A DNA stretch of 64,000 nt from Bugula neritina. Lineage: Eukaryota > Animalia > Bryozoa. The stretch covers positions 11,646,722 to 11,710,721 of the forward strand of contig OZ037766.1 of assembly GCA_964035545.1 (NCBI GenBank), written 5' to 3'. Shown here piece after piece: positions 1 through 11,435 of the stretch (positions are counted from its first letter, which is position 1; each line of letters opens with the position of its first letter). Below the pieces are notes generated by a model. The model searched no databases and was not told where the DNA came from. It saw nothing but the letters and a program-made list of their open reading frames with translations. Both the position numbers and the translations under genes were made by a program.

Positions 1-119
1 TACCACAACTGTTGTCAAAAATTGGCAATATTCTTGTGCCAGCCATTCACACGAGTTTACAGTATTTTTTCCCTAGATTCACATGAAAATACAACTTGAA
101 ACACTGACTGTAAACTCAC

Positions 120-1314
120 CTCCTTCACCAGATGTAACATTGCCGTAGAGGCCTGGCCCCCGGAGAAGGCTACTAGCACTTTCTCACCATCTCTAATAAT
201 CTTTGACTTGCCAAAAGCAGATCTAAACTTGTGCGTGCAGTACATAAGGAAACACTCTCTGCATAATGAAGAATGTTCAGTTAAAAATTAATCAAGAAAC
301 ACTTTTTGGCTCTGTAGTTTATAACCAGACTATGCAAAGCAATAAATTCATTGAAAGGTGAATTACTAGCTATCAGATAGTACCTCATAAAAATTCATGC
401 AAGTTTGTGGTCACTATCCCTGTGAGAACCCCTGATGAAAAGGGTTTTTGTTAAATCAAGCTAAGGACTTATTCGGATGGGGCACAAGAGCAATTATGAC
501 TGGATGCTCTTCCTAACATCACCAATGGCCTTTGTCGGGTTTGAGCCGATGACTTCGTGCTTACTAGGCAAACGCTCTAACAACTAGACCACAGCTACTC
601 ATGGCCTTGGATTTTATAATAGATTTTTATGTTCTTAAAACAGATTAACTGCAAACTATATGGTCTTCTTGAAAATATTTCATAAAACTAGAAATTTTCA
701 TATAAAATCATTGATTGATGACAGCAACAAATGTTTTGGTAAAATAAACAAATAACAAATAAAAGGTCATGACAAAACTATCAACACATTCTAGGAGTTG
801 CATGCCCTAACTAAAAAGTAAATCAGCCTCAACTGTAAAAAATATATATTCCATTTGCATTAAATGGTGCTACGTTTCTTTTCTTAAAATCAATGTTAAA
901 TTTGCTTATATATTTCAGTGAGTTCAGTATAAAAAGTGTCCTACAATAAAAATACGAGAAAACTTACCTGCAAAACGCATCATTAACTCGTATCACAACT
1001 TGCGGGCTCTTGACTTTGCATTTCATACAGATAGTTGCCTTATAACTGCAGAAAAAAAGTTTCCCATTGTTGTTCCTCTTTAAATATAGCATTTGATATA
1101 ATTATAGAATAAAACTAAGTAGCAGGCTTGTCTAACATCTTGAAATGCGAGCAAATGTTTTGTTGTCTATTATTATTGAGAAGACGACTCCAGAACCTAG
1201 GCTAAAAACTATTATCGTGAATGAGAAAATTTTTTATTCAAGTTCTGTATTAGCTTACCTTTCATTATTAATCTTTAAATAAGATAAACCTCCATCTTCA
1301 AGAGACGTGCACAT
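120..1314 (-). CDS. CTU2: Cytoplasmic tRNA 2-thiolation protein 2, 5' part (exons 1314-1259, 1045-968, 258-120; continues off the left edge)
   Basis: Three exons joined by GT-AG introns read in frame: MCTSLEDGG...ICMKCKVKSPQVVIRVNDAFCRECFLMYCTHKFRSAFGKSKIIRDGEKVLVAFSGGQASTAMLHLVKE. This matches the CTU2 N-terminus (CxKC...DAFCxxCF...HKFR...EKVLxAxSGG). Confidence 0.9.
402..596 (-). mobile_element. tRNA-derived SINE copy (in a CTU2 intron)
   Basis: Minus strand starts with a tRNA-like head (A-box TGGTCTAGTTG, degenerate B-box GGCTCAAACCC). A homologous dispersed copy lies at ~51598-51791. Confidence 0.7.
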
Positions 1315-4300
1315 GCTTATAAAATGTCTGAGAATATCTAAAAACACAAATAAAACTATATTAATAATTATAACAAAAAAACTGCTTCTAAAATATAAAT
1401 CAAATTTGAATTGCAAAAAATAATAGCAGTAGACTGTTGGAAGTTATAGGAGTAGTAGACCTAGATTTTCAGTTATACTAATCAAACTGAAAACAAATAC
1501 TTGTTTTGGGTACATTGAAAATTGATAGTAGTAATATTGGCTTTGCACAATTTCAACTAGACTTTTTTTCACATTGTCATAGTTGGCACATTCCTAGACA
1601 ACAGTATTGATAAATACGAATAGACAATGACAGGTGAGTGGATTCCTTCTACAAACACAATTTCATGTTGAATCCATGTTGGTAAGTCAATAAACATTAT
1701 GAAAACATGGCCATGTTTGCCTATAAAATACATAACATTGTAAATCATCATATATGTATACTGCTGTAGAACATAGTCAAGTGTCAAACATCTAACTGTT
1801 TTATTTTTAGAAATATCACAGCTTTTACCAAGATTAAAAAGCGAATATTGTCAAAGAAGTTGCATGGTGACATTTTGTGCCAATGACCAAAAAGAATTGC
1901 CAATATTTGCATAAACATTGAGCCATGAGACTATTACTATCTCAAGTTCTTTTTATACCAATGCTGAAATATCTCAAACACGCAGACAATCTGATAATCA
2001 ATATGCCTCGCAATAATCAATATGCATGGCCCCTTAATAGTCAAATTTCACACTGTTAATAATACCTGTGATGAGAAATAAATAAGAAAACTATTAATAC
2101 ATGAAGCTAAGAACCTGGTGCTAAACATTAGAACAGAGTCATGCTACGGTATTCCATAAAAGATGTAACAGCAATGCCATCAATTTTCTTTATTTCAGAT
2201 CCCACTTATAATGCAGAATATATCATTGTAATTGTTATATATATATTGGCTAGAAAATAATATAACTTACTACAAACTTCAAGCAGCACAGAAACAAATG
2301 CTGACTGCAGAAACAAGGAATGCAGTATGAGATCAGAGCGACCAAAATTTGAGTTTATACATATACTCATAGCTTAAAGTTATTCAACTAACTCAAAAGA
2401 AATTTATTCAAACTACCATTATAATTATTGTTGAAACTTATATTTACAGTTATTGTAAGCCAAACTATATTTTTATATTGTTTTCTTTTTTAGTTTTACA
2501 ATGATAATTACAACCATCATTCTTATGACTGTAAATACAAGTATTTCGTCATTAGACTTAGTATAAGTAATTATATAACATAAATTTTATAATAATAATG
2601 ACTATAAGTATACTAACTACGAAAGTAACAGTATGAATGCAAAATTAGCATAACTATTAGCTGTAAGACTGAGTGTAACCACTATGCATATGGGTATCAA
2701 TATAACTATGAGTATGACTATCTGTATAAAACCCAATGCGAGTGCCAGGACTGTCAGCATGGGCATTATCATAGCTATCAGTTACTGTTATGACCATCGG
2801 TACCGCTATCACTATGACTATCACTACGACTATTACTATGATTATGAGTAGCTGCACGTTGATACTATGATACTTAATCTCAAGTATTGATAAAATTAAA
2901 AATGCTACTACTACTATTAGTATAAGTTTTATGACATCAGTATTGTATGAGCATGACTGTATGAGTATCATGATCAGTCACTGTCAGGGAGAAAATAGAA
3001 GTAGTCAACTACTAGTAGTACTACTAGTACTACTACTACTATATTTAGTTTTACTGCATTGAAATTAGCAGCTACACTTACTCTGGCTTACAGTGATACA
3101 ACTTAACTTTGATGAATAATATTTGAATAAAACATAAACTTGAAGTTGATGAAATAATGATTATGGTGAATAAGATAAACTGGTGAAGTCATGAACAAAA
3201 TGGTGAATGAGTCAAACTCAATGACAATCTCAAGCTGAGTCCCTGATGGCTGATACTGATAGTCAATGTCAGTGATCAGACATCATCATTATGATTAGTA
3301 CGAGTATCAGTATGACTGATGACTTACCCTTAGACTATTACTTTTACTATAACATTACTATAAGTATATAACTATGGATATGAGTAAATTACTATTAGTA
3401 TTAGTATAAGACTTAGAGTTAGTTGAAAAGCAGAAATTTAAATGGAAGTTAGAAGTAGAAGTAGAAGTAAACTGTAAGTGTAAAGGCTAAAAGTAAAAGT
3501 AAAAATAAAGCTTAGGCCAAAAGCGCATAGTGATATTCATCTCATCTCATCTAATTAATCTCACTCGGAGCGCTTTGGCTCCTTTATCGAGATGCAGTGG
3601 TGTATGAACACTAATCTAATACTAATAGTAAATGTAATACTGATACTAATAGTCATTATCATTATGATTAAGTCAATGCAATTGTCATATTCATATTGAT
3701 ATTGAATAGATGCTTGAAGTTGAAGGTGATAGTAAATGTAATACTAATAGTAATACTGACTTGAATAAATGTAATGCACTTACACTTACAGTAACACTAC
3801 TACTAATAGTAATACTAATAGTAATAATAAATGTAATACACTAAATCTAATTTACTGCTAATAGTAATAGTAATACTAGATTCAGATTGAGATGAATTCT
3901 TGAAAATAAAATTAAATCAAAATGACCCTAGGCCTAGGGTTAGACTTAGTAACTACTATTTTGTGTTATTGTTATAATATCAATTGTATTTGTGACAAAT
4001 AGTCATATTGCAATTATTAAAGTATGGTGGACATTATGATTATTATCTTTTATGATAATGCTATAAACTCATAATGATAATGGTAAAGGTAACAAATGGC
4101 AATGCAAAATTACAGCAGTTGCACCACGATGACGACTACAGGAAACTTGTTAAAAATGATATGAACTTGAAACCGACAAAACTGTGAAATATCGCTTGAA
4201 GCAGCATCACATTGAGGCGACGGAGTACAGCATTCGCATGTTATTGCCGTTCGAACTCAAAATTCCGAAATCCAAACTGGGGAGCCCCAAACCACCGCAC

Positions 4301-4522
4301 TCAGCGACCACCAATATTTAATAGTACTAATTAGTCTAGAAGTAACTTCCCAAAAAGTGCTCAAAAAATTGGCTTATTACACTTTACTAGGTGGCCACTT
4401 AAAAAAAATTGTTTCTAGATCAGAATTTTGTGCTGATTCTGAATCTACAAACTCTAGAATTTTATCTCTACCCAAACTCAAGTAATGGCAAAAAACAAAT
4501 CGACATCTTGGATGGGTGATAA

Positions 4523-4828
4523 TGTGGTGGTTCGTGGAACTACCAGCAGCACAACATGTAGGGTCGCGTAATTGACCCGGAACAATGGATAGCCAATTAG
4601 CGTAGTTGATAGTTAGCAGCAATTGTAGTTTCCCGCTGCTAACTCAGTCGAAGCTAGAGTGTGAAATAGATTAGATGTGTAACTTGTTAGAAATAATGTA
4701 TCGTGTTTTTATAATGTATAGTTGTGTATAAAATATACTCGTTCACTCGACTTAGCCTGGTGCAGTTCTATACTAGATAAATAGACTCTCTGGATAGCAT
4801 ATCAACCCTAAATCTGAAAATCTTAACA
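4523..4828 (+). repeat. 5' LTR of Gypsy element
   Basis: TGTGGTGG...TTAACA, direct repeat of 11723-12028; TATAAAA-like motif near 4727. Confidence 0.97.
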
Positions 4829-4829
4829 G

Positions 4830-4847
4830 TGGTGGCAGCGGTGGGAT
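4830..4847 (+). promoter_or_regulatory. Primer binding site complementary to the tRNA-Leu (AAG/TAG-type) 3' end
   Basis: TGGTGGCAGCGGTGGGAT is the reverse complement of ...ATCCCACCGCTGCCA-CCA and lies 1 nt after the LTR. Confidence 0.85.
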
Positions 4848-4859
4848 AGTGCATCCAAG

Positions 4860-5813
4860 ATGGAGACTGAAAATGCTGGAACTCAACCACCGGCAATCGA
4901 AGGTGAGCGTAGAGACAATGCTGTAGAGACAATGCCTGTTAACCATGTAGTAGAAGAGCGAAGGGTTCCGCGAGAACTAGCTGAAGACCGCTACAGGTTA
5001 AAGGCGCCCACCTTCACGGGTGAAGAGGAGGTGGAACAATTTATCCAAGAGTTTAGCGACGTAATGGACGTCGCTCAGTGGCCCCCTAGGGTGGCCTTGC
5101 TGAAGCTTAGAATGGCATTGATGGACAAAGCCAAGCCCTACGGGCTGGGTGTAGACATTGATAATATCTTTGCTTCTCTGCGGGCCCGCTTTGGCCTCTC
5201 TGCTACAGATGCCAGGGCCCGATTGCAGAGGTTGCGGCGTGATCCCCGCACCCCGCTGCGGGAGCATGCCGCCGCGGTCATGAAGCTGGCACAGATCGCG
5301 TACAGCGACTTGCCCCCAGTCAACCGCGAGAGGTACACCCTCGACGCTTTCATAGCATCTGTCGACGATCTGGGTCTCCACCACCAGTTTCTAGCTAGGG
5401 GAGTCACCACCGTTGAAGATGCTCTGACTGAGGGGGAAGCTTACCTCCTAGCTAATCAAATGCATAAAAGTCGCGGAAGCTCCCGCCAAGTGGAGATAGA
5501 CCGCGCAGACACGGCCGCGGGACAAGGGGAGGAAACCCCCGCCGCGGCTGCCGTGTCCCAGTTGGCGACGGCATCAAAAGTCACTCAACTGACGGACATG
5601 CTAGCCAAGCTGATAGCAACACTGACACCACAAAACCCAGTGAGTACCGCCCCTGAGCCCATGCGGCCATCGGCGCCGCCACAGGGAGAAACAGTCAGTT
5701 TTTGCTGGGAGTGCGGAAATCAAGGACATTTCCGCCGATATTGTCCCTTCCTAAATCAGGGGTTAAACTACCGCGGCCCGCAGATGTTCCCACCTTCCGC
5801 GGGCCGACGATGA
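4860..5813 (+). CDS. gag: Gag (capsid plus CCHC nucleocapsid knuckle)
   Basis: 317-aa ORF directly after the PBS; zinc knuckle CWECGNQGHFRRYC. Confidence 0.92.
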   Translation: METENAGTQPPAIEGERRDNAVETMPVNHVVEERRVPRELAEDRYRLKAPTFTGEEEVEQFIQEFSDVMDVAQWPPRVALLKLRMALMDKAKPYGLGVDIDNIFASLRARFGLSATDARARLQRLRRDPRTPLREHAAAVMKLAQIAYSDLPPVNRERYTLDAFIASVDDLGLHHQFLARGVTTVEDALTEGEAYLLANQMHKSRGSSRQVEIDRADTAAGQGEETPAAAAVSQLATASKVTQLTDMLAKLIATLTPQNPVSTAPEPMRPSAPPQGETVSFCWECGNQGHFRRYCPFLNQGLNYRGPQMFPPSAGRR

Positions 5814-8800
5814 AACCTCCAGGGAAGAAGAAACGCAGGTCACCCAGACGGGTACCGCGTACTGGCAACCAACAGTGGCAACAGCCACGACGGACCAGCA
5901 AGGGGCTTCGCCCCACAGCTGCCTTTTCTATGCCCCTTCACAACAGATTCACAGGGCTACAAGTCCAAGAATCTGGATGGGAGCCCACAAAGGTAGCTGA
6001 GAATCTAGCCTCGGCACCCCCGAGGCCTACCTATCACCGCCCCAAGAGACCTCCTTCGCGACCCAAAGCGAGGGAGGTACTCCCTGCGAGAGTAAGGCCT
6101 GAAGGGAGAGTTCAGGTGCAGCCCCATGGGAACAGCTATTTCTTGCCCGGTAAACTGGAAGGCAAAGCTGTTACTTTTCTCATTGATTCGGGCTGTACCA
6201 CAAACCTCTTAAGCCGCCAACTCTTCGACACCCTCAGTGCTAGGGTCAGGGGCGAGATGGAAGCATACGAAGGGGAATACGGCACCCTAGCTGACGGGTC
6301 GTGCCTTCCCTTCTATGGTATAATTGAGCTGACGGGACGAGTCCGCGATCAAACGATCCAAGAGACGTTCATCGTCAGTCAGCTCAAGGAGGATGCTATC
6401 CTCGGGATGCCGTTCCTTAAACGGCACGGATGTCACATAGATTTTAGCAGATCTGCAATGATGATGTCCGGGCGGGAACTCGCCTGCGTCGACAAGTTCG
6501 GCCGCCCTTTAGTGGGAGGTGTGCAAGTGGTACGCAACCGTACCATACCAGGCCGCTCCCGGGCTACCATTCACTGCAGGGTGAATAGTAGCCGGATCTC
6601 TGGACTCGGGGTGGTTGAAGGCGCGCACGAAAAGATCCAACTTGCCAGCAGTCTGAATCAGCTGACTGAGCAAGGGGAGATCTTAGTGCAGTGCATCAAC
6701 CCCTTCACCGAGCCTATCAAGCTCCCGGCTGGGTCGATGCTGGGCCGTTTTCACTCTGTTCAGGAGGGAGACGTAGGCCCGTCGCTGGATGATGCGACAG
6801 AGGCACCCCCTCAACACCCTATTCAGGGACGAGGGGCAGTCCCAACACATCTCCGAGAGTTATATGAAACAGCCAGTGGCGGCTGCGCGAGTAACAGGGA
6901 ACGCCAAGCTATGGCTAAGTTACTACGCGACTACGGTGATGTGTTCAGCAGCGGAGAGCATGACGTGGGACTGACTGGAATTGTCAGACACGAAATACCG
7001 CTGACTGCAGGGACAGTCCCTGTCCGGCAGCCCACGCGCAGGCTGGGGCCGGAGAAAGAGAAGGAGGTTAGCCGACAAGTACGGGATCTTCTGGACCGGG
7101 GACTGATAGAGCCCGCCCATAGTGCGTGGAGCTCGCCAGTCGTACTGGTCCGGAAGAAAGACGGCAGTTGGCGGTTCTGTGTGGACTACCGCAAACTCAA
7201 TAGCGTAACCATACAGGACGCCTACCCTCTACCTCGTATTGACGAGTCATTGGACGCCCTAGCCGGCAGCAAGTACTTCAGTACGTTAGACTTGCTAAGC
7301 GGCTATTGGCAAGTTCCTCTGAGTCCCGACGCCCAGGAGAAAGCGGCGTTTATCACACGGGACGGTTTGTGGAAGTGGAAGGTGCTGCCCTTCGGGTTAA
7401 CCTCCGCCCCAGCCACCTTCCAGAGGCTGATGGAACAAGTCCTTAGCGGACTCCATTGGAAGACACTGCTGGTCTACCTCGATGATGTCATCGTAATCTC
7501 TCCAGACTTCGAGACACATGTCAGTCGTCTGCAGGAGGTTTTCGAGAGACTCCGAGGTGCCGGTCTTAAGCTCAAACCTTCCAAGTGCGCTCTATTGCAG
7601 CCGGAGGTCAAGTACCTGGGGCACGTTGTCGGTCGAAACGGCGTGGCAACGGATCCCGAAAAGGTACGGGCAGTAGAAGACTGGGTCACCCCCCCAAGAC
7701 TTGACCGGACTCCGGGCTTTCTTGGGGCTGGTAGAGTATTACAGGCAATACATACCAGACTTTGCGGGCATAGCCCAGCCGTTAAACCGGCTCACCGCAA
7801 AGGGAGTGACGTGGCAGTGGACTCCAGTCGAACAAGAAGCGTTCGACCGCCTCAAGGGCTGCCTACTAACGGCGCCCATCTTGGCCTACCCAGACCCCAC
7901 TCTGGAGTACATCCTTGACACGGACGCCAGTGACCAGAATGTTGGCGCTGTGCTGTCACAAGTGCAGGAAGGCCGAGAGGTAGTAGTAGCCTACTACAGC
8001 AAGTCTCTCTCACCCGCTGAACGAAATTACTGCACTACCCGCAAGGAGCTGCTGGCAGTAATCAAGTCAGTGAAGCACTTCAGACCATACCTATATGGCA
8101 GGAAGTTCCGGCTGCGTACGGATCATGCCTCGCTGATCTGGTTGTGCAGGAGAGCAGAGCCCTCTAGTCAGGTCGCCCGGTGGCTCGAAATCCTAGCTGA
8201 ATTCTCATACCGGATCGAACATCGACCGGGCAAGAGACACAGCAATGCGGATGGGTTGAGTCGCCGACCTGACGGAGGTTGCAAACAGTGTCTCAACATC
8301 GAGAGGAGGGATGGAGGTCCCCCACGATGCGAGTTGGAGACGCTGGCTCATCACGGAGCATCATTTGACTGGGATCAAGGTCAACTCAGGCAGAGAGTTG
8401 ATGAGTCCCCGGAGGATGTACAAAACCTCCGCGCCAACCCTGTACTGGCCGGTAATGTTCGAGAGCTGAAGAAGCTCCAAGAAGAGCTGCCTGGAGTCGT
8501 GGCAGACATATACCGGGCCAAAAAGCAAGGGCGACGACCCAGCGAGGAACGCATACGACAGGGATGCGCCGAGTTCCGGCTATACTGTCAGCGTTGGGAC
8601 TCGCTGCGGATCGGGCAGGATGGGTTGCTAACCATCTCTCTAGCTGCCAGCGGCAGACACCCGGAAAGGAAGAGGGTAGTCTGCCCCACAGCCATCCGCC
8701 GTGAGTTGATTTGGGATACTCACAAGCAGGCCCACGCAGGGGTCAAGCGAGTGATATCCAAATTACGACTCCGGTGGTATTGGCCGCAGATGGAGCGTGA

Positions 8801-10334
8801 CGTCCGGCTCAGAGTCAAACAGTGTGAGATCTGCCAGGCCAGTAAGCATAGCCGCCCCCCTGGTGAAGCAGGACGGCGGAGGCTATATGCTGGTAGGCCC
8901 TGGCAAGTAGTCGCTGTAGACCTGGTCGGACCCATGCCCATGACCCCCAGAGGCAATAATTGGATCCTAGTACTAACCGACCACTTTACTAGGTGGGCGG
9001 ATGCTCTGGCGATCCCAGATGCATCAGCCCCAACAGTGGCCAGGGCACTAGACCAACATGTATTCTGTTATTTTGGGCTTCCCAAACAGATACACTCTGA
9101 TCAAGGCGCTCAATTCCAGTCCCAACTGATGAGCGACCTTTGCCACCTCTGGGGAGTAAATCAGAGCAGGACCACCCCCTACCACCCTCAAGGTAACGGG
9201 GTGGTGGAGCGCAACAACCGGATGCTAGGTGATGCACTCCGGAGTCTCCTCCTTGGACGAGGTCAAGAGGAATGGGATACGGTGTTGCCGCAAGTCATGC
9301 GTGCATACCGTAGCACCCCACACACCAGTACTGGTGAGACCCCAAACCTCTTGATGCTCGGGAGGGAGACTCGTGTCCCTGACCATCTCACCTATCACGT
9401 TCCAGAGCAGGATAACTCAGTCCATGAGTATGCCAGTGAACTAGTGGAACGGATGAAGGCCGCACACGAGATACTGCGTCAACAGCAGTGGAAGGTGCGG
9501 CACGAGGATTCCGATGAACCCCCTCTCTACCAAAGGGGAGATAAGGTGTGGATGGTCAATTACCGTAGGCGCCGCGGACAGGCTGATAAGCTGAAGCCTA
9601 AGTTCGTAGGCCCCTACGTGGTCGTCGAGGCTATGCCCAATCATACGTACAAGATCGAGCGCTCAGGACAGGTATCTATCCAGAATGAGTCTCGCTTGAA
9701 ACCGTATTGGGCTAGCCCCGGCGGAGTGGGAGAAGCCCCCCCGTTGTTAGAGCCCAGAAGGCAGACAACAACGCGCGGGCGACGGCGGCATGGACCTGAA
9801 TACGAAGTGGTCATACCGCGGGAAGAAAACTTGGTGAGAGAGGAGCGGCAGCTTCTACCAACAGAAGCGTATCCGCCACCGCCAAGTCTAATTCCATCAC
9901 TTCCAGAAACCGAGCCGGTTCCGGAAGTGCAAACCCCCACGGAGGGAGGGGCTCCATCCGGAGAACAAGAAAAGGTGACTGCTGACGGTGAAGTAGAGAC
10001 GCCATTAGAGGCCCCTACTAACGAACCGGCAAGCGTGTCACCCCCCCTAGAAAGGGGACAGCGTACGAGGCAACCCCCCGCATACTTAAAGGACTTCGTA
10101 TGTGACTGCGTTAAAAGCAGCACACATGAAAGTCTAGGGGAAAACCGTACGAGAAAAGAATCGAGCAAATGTGGGAGTTGTCAACACTACGGAAATATCA
10201 ACTTTTGTATCGGCGGAAATAGAAACAAAATTCATCCGCCGGGTGCACAAAGTCTTAATCACGCACCCCAACCACGTTGCTCGATCTTTTCATACGCTGA
10301 TGCAGTCAAGAGTAGACGTGTTTCTAAGCAGTAG
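5702..10334 (+). CDS. pol: Pol (protease, RT, RNase H, integrase with GPY/F), split by a single extra C at 7689-7695
   Basis: LIDSGC protease; YLDD RT; DTDASD RNase H; HHCC and D,D35E integrase (DLVGP, SDQG, ERNN); GPY motif. ORFs 5702-7918 and 7701-10334 join as WVTPQDLTGLRAFLG if C7 is read as C6. Confidence 0.93.
5762..5826 (+). promoter_or_regulatory. Predicted -1 ribosomal frameshift signal (G UUA AAC plus stem-loop/pseudoknot)
   Basis: GTTAAAC at 5762-5768 is phased with gag codons (TTA AAC), and pol is in the -1 frame. 5-nt spacer, then an 8-bp GC stem CGGCCCGC (5774-5781) / GCGGGCCG (5799-5806). Loop TTCCC could pair with GGGAA at 5822-5826. Confidence 0.7.
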
Positions 10335-10358
10335 TTCAAACCATTTCACATATTCAGT

Positions 10359-11435
10359 ATGTCTTACGACAACAGATCGTGGGGTGAGTTAACTATATCT
10401 TAATACGAAACTAGATTGCATCGTTCAGCTCTGACTCACTGAGTCAATCGAGCTGGAGATAGGTTAGTGAAATACCGTAGTAAGAACTCAGTTTGACTTA
10501 GAGATTTTTATAATCTCATTGCAATACGGTTCTATCTGACTATTCACTATCGTTAATCTCTACGAGGTAACTGAATTGGGAGTTGCCAAGCTGTCTAAGC
10601 TGACAACACAGCAGTGTACTGTACTAACACTGTTGAAACTTTTTCAGATTACACTCGACCCACTACAACCAGGGTACGGGATAGAACACTTCCCGCTCCG
10701 TATCCGGAAGACTATGCTAGTGGTGACCGGCCTGAGCCACTACGCCGCCGTTGGCGGTGGGTGTCTCCACAAACCGAGGAAGAAATAGAAACAGCCTGGG
10801 GGTCCAGAGGACGGACGAGATGCCAGATATGTGGTGAAGATTGCGCCTCTCACCGCTCCCTTAAACTACACGTCAATGCTCATCTCCTACTGACCTTCTG
10901 CCCCTGCGGGTACAATGATGTGTATCCCTACCCCGTCACCAGACACAGAGCGGCGGGCTGTTTCCCTGGAGAAAACTATGTGGTCGACGCTAAGCTGTAC
11001 CCGGAGTTCCTCACACATATACGACCTCTGGTAAAGAAGGCCATGCTATTAGCCGTTCTATCCTCGGGGTTCCAACGTGTGTTAGACAACGCCCGCCAAC
11101 AATCCCCGTTGGTGTCTGACCGCCCTCAGATTACATACACCCCCGAGGAAACTACATATCCAGAAGAAGGAGAGATCTCCCCTACCCCGGCGAAGAGACG
11201 GACCAGGTCCCCCAGTCCACCCTTACGCCGCAGACGGACACCGTCCCCCGACCCGGTACGACTAGCCACAGTAGAAGAACGCCTCCTACGATTACAAGAA
11301 GAGTTCACCCAGCCGGCACCAGACCTACTTAACACTACAACAGGACTCTTCCAGCTCAAGGGATCCGTATGCCGTATGAAACGGAAACTGCGTACATGCC
11401 AAGCCAAGCACCGGCGTGCCCAACAAGGACTCTAG
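10359..11435 (+). CDS. Gypsy ORF3: spliced zinc-finger / basic-SP / coiled-coil accessory protein (predicted exons 10359-10383 and 10648-11435, ~270 aa)
   Basis: Open frame 10614-11435 has no ATG ahead of the zinc fingers. It has a TACTAAC branch point (10622-10628) and a TTTTCAG acceptor (10647). The upstream ATG...TGG G|GTGAGT donor is in the matching phase 1. Motifs: C-x2-C-x12-H-x3-H and C-x-C-x12-H-x4-C. Confidence 0.7.

Noticed and set aside
2657-2971. 104-aa hydrophobic ORF as a membrane protein
   Set aside because: Product of periodic low-complexity DNA (IVIVVV, HTHS runs); no recognisable domain or splice support.
4998-10168. Antisense ORFs within the Gypsy element (e.g. 4998-5384, 9641-10168)
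   Set aside because: Expected shadows of GC-rich gag/pol coding sequence; no motifs.
10614-11435. ORF3 as a retroviral-type env
   Set aside because: No signal peptide, fusion peptide or TM anchor; it has zinc fingers and basic nuclear-type motifs instead.
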